A stretch of DNA of 49,503 nucleotides, the filler included, from Catajapyx aquilonaris (Eukaryota), in assembly GCA_000934665.2 (NCBI GenBank). It is 3 parts of 3 records of this genome, joined end to end, with 100 filler letters (N's around TTAATTAATTAA, not from the genome) between each part and the next. Parts side by side here need not be neighbours in the genome. Positions count along the whole stretch, not along the records: positions 33,132 to 49,503 come from KZ539657.1; 2 more parts are not named here. One strand, given 5' to 3'. Both the position numbers and the translations under genes were made by a program. This document shows, one piece after another, positions 36,680-49,503 of this stretch (its first letter is position 1; each line of letters begins with the position of its first letter). The notes under the pieces were generated by a model that saw only the letters and a list, made by a program, of their open reading frames with translations, searched no databases and was not told where the DNA came from.

Positions 36680-38091
36680 ATGGAGTTAGATCCGGAATGT
36701 CTTCAGTCTGTTCGGTATACTACGATGAACTTCTCGGCTACAGACTTCTGCACCAGAGACGACCAGGAGACATCGCGAGTGTGTCTGACCCAAGAGAATG
36801 CTCCTTCCTGCTGCTTCCCGGACTATCCTGAATACTTCACGATAATAGCAGGGACATACTGGCTCCTTCTGAGTGTGGTTGGAGGATTGGGCAATCTGAT
36901 GGTGCTGGTGGCCGTTCCCTATGCCAGGTGGAAGAGCAATGATCCTCGAAGTCCTCTGAAGAGTTCAACCACCATGTTTCTGCTCAGCCTGAGTTTGGCC
37001 GATTGCATGTACTGCATATTAGGCATTGGAACAGCAGCTATTGCATTTCTCAACAGAAAGTGGATTCTAGGCATCAAGTTGTGCTACATCCGATCCTTCA
37101 TCGCCCACTACTGTGGAATCATGTCTCCAAATTCATTAGCTGCAGCCACTTTGAGCAGGTACTGGATAAGGTGGGTTTCATTGTTCTATGACTATTTGAT
37201 GATTCTTGTTCTCCGAAAGGACATTGGCACTGTGGTGGCCTAGAGCAGGTTATATAATTTTTGAGTCGTACAGTAGTGTTCCTGCTCTCATCGTGCTCTG
37301 GACACTGTCTGGTGTCCTGCCCATAGTTGCAGCGGTGAGTGTGTGGTATGCTAGGTCCAAGTTTAAATGTATAGTCCTGGACTTAAAAATTACAGAAGGG
37401 GTTTGGGTATAGCAGAACTCAAGGGATATGTGCCATGACAATTTTGTCGAAAACTGCAAGAAACGTGCATTATGGAGTTGCCGCAGGATTGGTTCTAGGA
37501 CTTCCTTGGGTCACTGGCCTCGTTTGTACTCTTCTGTTGTGGATCAAACTGCGGCAGAACTGGTCTAAACTGAAGCATTTCAGGCAAGTTCATCCATTAC
37601 ATGACGGGGTGGTAGGTGTAATAAATATTTTGAATGTGTGTCTACAGAGATATGGGTGAGAGTACCCTGCAGGAACTGAAGGAAAGAGAGAAGAAGATGA
37701 CCATCCTTCTGACCATGCTGGTAGCTGTGTACACAAGCGCTACTCTTCCAGTATTGCTATGGGCTTGTACCAAGGGAGGACCTTGGGTTGCACCCTACAC
37801 TTACATAAGCTGGTTCTTTCAATTTTATTATGCTGTCAACGTCTTCTTGTACATTTACAGGTAAAGAATCACACCTATAGTTTTAGTGAACGATCCTAAC
37901 ACTATATCATAATAATTTTCAGGGTAAGGAGCTACAAAGATGCAGTTATTCTGCTCTGGAAAGATGCTAATATCTGGTTACATTCCGTGAAAAGCAAATT
38001 TACAGAAATATGTAATGGACGCAGCCCCAAGGGGGGGGGGTGTGGGGGGGCGGAGCCCCCCCGCCCGACAAAGAGAGTCCTAACAATATAA
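36680..38091 (+). CDS. GPCR1: divergent class-A 7TM receptor (moody/Tre1/GPR84-like)
   Basis: Exons 36680-37158, 37220-37334, 37396-37583 (GC donor), 37648-37860, 37923-38091. GGLGNLMV (TM1), FLLSLSLAD (TM2), WILGIKLC (ECL1), TLSRT at the DRY position, KEREKKMT (ICL3), NVFLYIYR..SYKDA (TM7/H8). Start may instead be ATG 36725. Confidence 0.85.
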
Positions 38092-38226
38092 CCGGATGAA
38101 TATCATGAGGTAATTTTCACGAACAATGCGTTTATTTCAATGCCAATGTTAGTGTCCATAATTATGAAACTCACAAAATGGGGTCTCATCTGACATAATT
38201 ATGTGCAATTATGTGGTAGTGGTATT

Positions 38227-40612
<2,386 letters not shown>

Positions 40613-41390
40613 CTTCACGGAGGATGCTGCACTTGACTCAATCAGACGATTCCGTTCTTTTCAAGCCTGCGGTACTGCGTAAATAGTGACATTGGTGACC
40701 TCAGATATAACATTTATGGGCAGAGGGCGAGACTTTCTTATCGGCAGAGATGTTTACAGTTCAGGTTTCCCGATAAAGTTCATCTGAAGATTATTCGAGA
40801 GAGCGCTGGCCTGTAGAGGCGTGACGGTCGAATCCAACATGGCCGACGAGTGGAGTATACTCGGGTCAGGAAAACGTGAGAAAATGAGAATTCCCCCTAT
40901 AATAATAGTTTTATTTTTTGCCTCTGGAACGCTCCGGAAGGAGAACGGTCCCTGATGAGTGCTGCCACCTTCTGATCACGGCACTAAATCATCAGGTCTT
41001 GCCAAATTTTGGCTATACGGGTGCGCTAGTGAATTATAATTCCAGTGAACTGCATGTGACCAGAGTGCAACATTCATGTCATGACCAGCTCAGCCAGTTA
41101 GAGTATTGCGAATCTCATTGTCGCTCAAATGATGACATTTGAGGCTAGGGTCACACCCTACATTTTAAAACTTATTCCAGAGTCTACCAACTCTGAACTT
41201 AGAGACTGGATATGGTTTCAAAGTCTTTGAACTCTTGTGAGGCGGGATCAAAGCCACGAAAACATCTCTGCCGATAAGGGTGTCATTGCCCTGAATGCCC
41301 TCTGCCCTTAAATATGATATCTGGGGTCACCAACGTCACTACGCCCCACAGGATTGAGGTCTGATCCAGTCAAGTGCAGCATCCTCCGAG
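40613..41390. promoter_or_regulatory. bidirectional intergenic region with inverted duplicated FREP promoters
   Basis: 40618-40756 and 41260-41388 are inverted homologues (aaacatctctgccgataag, gccctctgccc.taaat, ggtcaccaa.gtcact, agtcaagtgcagcatcctccg). GATA sites in both. kB-like ggggaattctc on the minus strand at 40886-40896. Confidence 0.7.
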
Positions 41391-43916
<2,526 letters not shown>

Positions 43917-44526
43917 ACGAGCAGTAATTTGCATATGTCACACTTCCATGGGTTGACCATGAATCCTATGTCAGTGGCAGTGGCAGTTTACCTTCTTAAT
44001 CTATGGTGCCAAAAGTGAATTAATGTATGCGGCCTATTGAATTGCCACTCATCATGCGCAGAAATAATACATTGGCATAAGCAACACCTGTACGGCAGTT
44101 CCGGAATACACTGTACTCCAGATTATCCGGGTTAACGACTGCACGGGTGTAGCCGGATAATAAGAGCTATTCGCAGATTTTACTATTGTACTACTGTACA
44201 AAGTGTAGGCTGCTTGGTTGAATCAAAATAATAAAACTTACCATAGCCAATCAATTTTAACCTTAATTTTTAACCACTACATCATTAAGGTCAGTAAGCG
44301 ATACTTTTGTTCTGCAATGATCTAACTTCTTGAAACATCAGGTGATAATATTATTGACAACACAAAAGCGAGAAATACAAACAAATATGCATCACGTACA
44401 GGTACAGCCAAGATCGGCTACAGCAGGTGTGACAATAGCAGCACAGAAATAGTACATCGATTCATCACAAGCAATGACTCGGGTGTCTCATGTCCGTCAG
44501 TGTGACTCGCCAGGACCACATCAGGG

Positions 44527-45989
44527 ATGAACAGCAGTGGTAACGACACGTTCTGCGCTAGAGACGACCACGAGACATCCATGGTGTGTCTGACCGATGT
44601 CCAACCACCCACATGCTGCTATCCGGACTTCTCGCCGTACTTCACAGTGATAGGAGGCGTTTTTGTACTGGCATGTGGTGTCATCGGAGGGTTCGGCAAC
44701 CTGCTGGTACTGGTGGCATTGCCGTACGCCAGGATGAGGACCACGGATCCTCGAAGTCCCCTGAAGAGCTGTACCACTGTCCTGTTGCTGAGTATGAGTT
44801 TGGCTGACTGTCTCTACTGTTTCCTGATCCTGTCGGTACGGGGGGTGACCATCCTCTATCGAAAGTGGGTCTTGGGTACCGGGTACTGCTACATGTTTGC
44901 TTTCGCTGGTCATTTCCTGGCAGTGGCGTCTCCTAATTCGCTGGCAGCAGCCACTATGAGCAGGTATGTCTTGTACTGTACGGTAACACGGCGCGTCTAC
45001 TTTTTACACGTCCTATCCCTGTAAATTCAACGCATCTGTCAACTGCGCTAACTGAGGCACGATGGCCACCTCACATGAGGTCGCATCGTCTCGACATTCG
45101 ATGGTACAGTCAGTACCATCGAGTGTCGAGAGTGTGACAAATTGTTTCATCCAAAGGACGTTGGCATTGTGGTGGCCTGCAGGAGCGGCGACGACCTTCG
45201 AGCCGTACAGCGGTATACCGGCTGTCGTATTGGTCTGGGTCATATCAAGCGCGGTGCCTATTTCAGGAGCGGTGAGTACCCAGCAGGTGTGACATAAGAA
45301 GTATACCGGTAACAGTCCGTAATCCAACAGGTACAGCACCAGCTTGGGTACAGCAGGAGACTTGGTCTGTGCGATTTCGTCAATGTGGATGAGGTGACAG
45401 CGAACATTGGTTTCGGATTGGCAGGTGCCCATTCACGTGTCACTGTCCTGGTCTGCACCCTTCTGATATGGGTCAAACTGAGACAGAACTGGACCAAGCT
45501 GAAGCAGTTCAAGTAGGTGCAGGTACATTCTACACGGTGTTACATGTACTTCCACACCATGTCTTCATCCGTATAGAGACACGGGACAAAGCACCCTGAA
45601 TGACCTGAAGGCCAGAGAGCAACGGATGGCAGTCCTTCTGACCTTACTGGCTGGAGTGTATGCCCTGACCACAGTGCCGGTCATCATCATGTTCGAAGTG
45701 TGTCCTGGAGGACCTTTCACGACACCATGCGTGTATTTCTCATGCTACGCTGTCTGCTTCTTCTCCATCAATGTCTTCCTCTATGTCTTCAGGTGATTGT
45801 TATGATATGGATTCGTAAATTATTGATACTTATGGTCATTTTCACAGGATAAAGAGCTACAGAGACGCCATCACCTTATTCTACAACGATGCTCGGACCT
45901 GGATGGGTGCAGTGGTACGGAGGAGTCGACTGAAAATAAATACTTGTAATATTTTGTACGCTACAGAAATTGCGGACACTCATTTTTGA
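44527..45989 (+). CDS. GPCR2: paralog of GPCR1, divergent class-A receptor
   Basis: Exons 44527-44963, 45157-45271, 45331-45512, 45577-45792, 45848-45989. Same intron positions and phases as GPCR1. TM5 is shortened. Confidence 0.85.
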
Positions 45990-46044
45990 ATAATAAATCA
46001 CTTTTCTAAACAATAATATTACTTTTAACTACTATATCATTAAA

Positions 46045-46237
46045 GTCAACAAACGATATTTTTTGTCTGCAATGACCTGACAAGCCTCAATAATTGGCAG
46101 CATAAAAGAGATAAATACTGTATAAGCAAATAATAATCATGACTCTTACTGTACGGCCAAGGTCGGTACAGGTGTGACAACAACAGCACAGAAATATCAT
46201 TTCTTATTGACATGCCACTCATCACACCTGAATAATA
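46045..46237 (+). pseudogene. orphan upstream region of a GPCR1-type copy
   Basis: Collinear with 36471-36660 (gtcaacaaacgata..catgactcttactg.acggccaaggtcggtacaggtgt..cacacctgaataatat). No GPCR exon 1 follows. Confidence 0.8.
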
Positions 46238-46307
46238 TAACAATTTCATAAGCACACAGCGAACAAGCCGTAAAGGGCGCCGCAGGCGTAATTCGGGGGG
46301 GGGGGGN

Positions 46308-46796
46308 CTTAGGTGAAAGTGGGATATTTGAATGGGTGTGTATTTGATAAAATTGGTAGCAATTTTTCCAAAAAATCATTAATTAGTAATTTCTAATGCT
46401 ATTTCAAACTGTCCTGTATATCGTCGCGGTCCGGACAAAATTACGTCGCGGTCCTGATCCGGACCACGGTCCGCCAGTTGAGTAGCCATGTGCTATAATA
46501 TGGACACTTAAAACAAATCTTTTCTCGAAGAAGCAATTTTAACTATTTAATAGTTATTTTTTTGTATAACAAAGTAGCATGAGGTCGATTATAAAATTAT
46601 ATCAAAATTAGATACGTATATAGGGCCTACCACACACAGGGCTATTGAATTGGCGGACCGCGACGTTGTCCGGACCGCGACGATATGCAGGACAGTTTCA
46701 AATAGTATTAGAAATATATACTAATTCATGTTTTGGAAAAAGTGCTACCAATTTCATCATACACACACCCATTCAAATCTCCCACATTCACCTAAG
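46308..46796. mobile_element. foldback MITE with ~150-bp arms
   Basis: cttaggtgaaagtggga..gaatgggtgtgt..tatcgtcgcggtccggaca vs tgtccggaccgcgacgata..acacacccattc..cccacattcacctaag. Confidence 0.8.
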
Positions 46797-47455
46797 CTCG
46801 TGTGACCTTGGCTGCGGCTTGTGTTCCCGACACAACCTAATGTTAATTTTTTTTTAAACTTTCGCACTGTCAAAAAATCAGGTGTTACTGAGCGAATAGT
46901 CGTCGTGTACAAAGTGTGCTTTTGGTTATACGTATGCATGAAGGACTGTTGAATATGGGTATATGATCCGGCCTTCAACACGTGTATTAAACAGGTGTTG
47001 CTTATGACTGCGTGGAACCCAGGCAGAATGAGCATTTCGTACTCAAGAATTTTGAATAATTTAGCGAAAGAATACGTGTTACTCTGGATAATTTCACCAC
47101 GTTAGCTCTTAATATTCCGTCTGTTTCCATACAGCTGTTCAGCTGACTCACTATACTTACTGCACACTTTTGAACAATCGAATGCAAATATATTCTTTTG
47201 TAAAACCCATTCTTTCGATCATAGACACTTGTTTTCCACGCCCTCAGTTTGCAGACTACAGAGGCAGCAATCAGTATATATACCATTCATATATCGTTCC
47301 TATTCCTCACAAGAATAACCCTATACTGGTAAGCTGCACACTTCCAAATATGTATCCTCCATAATGATAAGTACATCATTTAAGTTTAAAGTGGCTTCTT
47401 TCAGGTGCTTATTGCAATTATTTTCAGACAGTGAAGCCAACACACACTAATCAAA

Positions 47456-48718
47456 ATGGAGAAGTTTGTTGCTTCATTCTTGGTCGTACTTCTGTCATGC
47501 TGCATACACTGCGTGTACTCCCAGAACTGCTCCCAAGACGATTACAACCCTCCTGCCGAGAGTGACTTTCAACAGTGCAAGGTAAGTAGTCACCTTATTG
47601 AAACCAGTAGAATGACAAGCATTGAAGAAACGTGATTAAAATCCATTTCCGGATGTAATGCCATTGCGTGTAATTCACCGCAGTAAACCATATTTAACAA
47701 TAGCGTTGTTATTATCATCTGCAGATTGAGGGGAAGTGGTTTGGATATAAGCGTTCTTCTGATTCCTCCTCGACTAAGTGTATGAGAATCGATGTAACGT
47801 CAACTGGTCCAAACATGGTCAAAGTTACTGGAGCGTATATTGGTCAATATGAGTTCTTCGAGTGAGTAGTCCACCCAAATGAGTACGAGTTGGTCACTCT
47901 GGCGATGATGAAATAGGTGTCATTAGATTGGATGAGAATGATCATTTTTCTATGGAACTGTTTACGCAGAGTTCGTACATTCCTCCTGTGAATTTCTTGC
48001 CGCCTGTAACTTCTACAGTCGAGTTCACAAATGCCAATGAAATGTTTCTTGTCAGCTGACAGGCTTGCAAAAATATTATATTTCAACCTAATCAAATATT
48101 GTGACACCTTTTTCTCAACAGAGAGATTGATTTCAGGCTTGTGCAAATGCTGTTGGAAACACATTACTAATACCCAATATTGCATTTTGCGAACTGTATA
48201 CTGCATGATGGATAATTCATCTTCATAAATTTTATTATTTGCTAAACCTTCCAGACGCTGCGAGTGCTTCACCCTGCCCAAGATGACACTCAGCATAAAC
48301 AATGGAAAGGTCATTTACACAGGGACTGGGCAAGGTTTCTTCGATTGTCCCTCAAAATTAGTTCCGATATTCAATCTAGATGCGACTATTACAGTTCTTC
48401 AGGTGGATACTGGCAAATGCTTCAACATTGAGATAAGCGTGACCACCACAGCTCCTTCACAAACAAGTGAGTATATGCACAGCCTGCAATTTTGAGAGGC
48501 TAGTTCTCCATTTGCGCAAGTCTTCACATCCCGATGCAGAGAGCAACAATTAAAATGTGTCTCACCTTCCAGCCACTGGGAAGTACATCCTCACTTCAGC
48601 GTACCCTCCCACCACTGACGATGTCGGCGTTTGCCAAACGTGGATGGCGGAGAAGAACGGAAATCCAAATATGGTGTTCATGGACGACAACGGCAATTGC
48701 AAATTTCAATGCGGTTAA
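47456..48718 (+). CDS. divergent secreted lipocalin (ApoD/crustacyanin-like fold)
   Basis: Exons 47456-47581 (signal peptide..DFQQCK), 47725-47861 (IEGKWF, SCR1 GxW), 48255-48466 (possible in-frame 45-nt intron 48335-48379; TVLQVD at the SCR2 position), 48573-48718 (YILTSAYPP at the SCR3 position, C-terminal Cys). Phases consistent. AATAAA at ~48752. Confidence 0.75.
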
Positions 48719-49007
48719 TAACTGGAGTCGTTCCCTGTGCAAGGATGACTGAATAAAACGCCGCAAATTTGCGGTTGTACCGAGAATGAAACGTGTACAG
48801 ACCAAGTTTATTGCGACTTTGACCCAGTTTGCAGGCATTAACAATGGAAACAGCTGAGTTGACAGGTGCTGGCCTTCCGAAAGTATTCAAATGATACTTT
48901 CAGATGATGCAGCCTAATTTACACTATTTTTCGATCCACAATTGCACAACAGTTAATGGAGTAGCTTTTCTGCATAAGGCGCTTGGCATCCCCGCCCGAC
49001 CACGACC

Positions 49008-49226
49008 AGCTGGGCAATTCCATGGCGCAGCCGTCCGTACGTAACGCAAGTGTTGCCTATGTCCACAAGAGTATTTTATTATAACAATGCCAGGATGCAT
49101 GTACTGCATGCTTAATCCATTTCATGTAATGTGTGGGTATTGTTACAATAAAATACGCTAGTACATGTCTGCAAAACCTGCGTTACGTACGGACAATATG
49201 GCCGCCTTTCGTGGAATTGCCCAGCT
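49008..49226. mobile_element. palindromic MITE
   Basis: agctgggcaattcca..gtccgtacgtaacgca..gtattttatt.taacaat vs attgttacaataaaatac..tgcgttacgtacggac..tggaattgcccagct. Confidence 0.8.
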
Positions 49227-49310
49227 ACGACGCAACGTCGCGTCGGCAAGTACCAGAGCTTTTCTCTCCTCCTCTTGTATCCAATGTTAGGAGGGTTTAT
49301 ATTATATTAA

Positions 49311-49354
49311 TTGATTGTGTGTCTACAGAGAGATATTTGTGAGAGTACCCTGCA
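49311..49354 (+). pseudogene. relic of GPCR1-type intron 3/exon 4 junction
   Basis: ttgattgtgtgtctacagagagatatttgtgagagtaccctgca vs GPCR1 ttgaatgtgtgtctacagagatatgggtgagagtaccctgca (37630-37671), with a 2-nt insertion. Confidence 0.7.
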
Positions 49355-49503
49355 TCATACCATGCATCATACCGTTTCTCTGGCGGAATCTTGCTTCCAG
49401 GTGGAACAGCATCCTTCCTAAATCACCCATGCATCCATGCCCGTGCATCTTTGTAGAACAAAACAAGCGCATCCATGTAGCTCTGAACCCTAAAAAAGGG
49501 GTG

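Overview
Eukaryotic, almost certainly arthropod DNA (TTAGG repeats, 55-70 nt GT-AG introns, an insect/crustacean-type Loquacious). Three contigs are joined by artificial N44-TTAATTAATTAA-N44 linkers at 16385-16484 and 33032-33131, so adjacency across these is not trustworthy. (1) 1-16384 has no convincing gene: it is TAAT-rich non-coding DNA with a few MITEs. (2) 16485-33031 holds a minus-strand loquacious/TRBP gene whose last exon is lost at the gap. It has a candidate 45-nt cassette exon, and its introns are packed with nested hAT, LINE, Tc1 and Kolobok elements and SINEs. Degenerate fragments of unidentified genes and a perfect 68-bp palindrome follow. (3) 33132-49503 is a duplicated cluster: two divergent 5-exon class-A GPCRs, a head-to-head pair of secreted fibrinogen-related proteins, a divergent lipocalin and relics of two more GPCR copies. 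The most striking structure is a 1.87-kb CCC-type CACTA-like element (TIRs, subterminal repeats, 2-bp TSD) inserted at the intron 4/exon 5 junction of a dead GPCR copy. It encloses a complete intron-containing Tyr/Gln/Lys-repeat secreted-protein gene with its TATA box and poly(A) signal, making it a candidate animal Pack-CACTA. All calls come from manual reading; no database searches were run.
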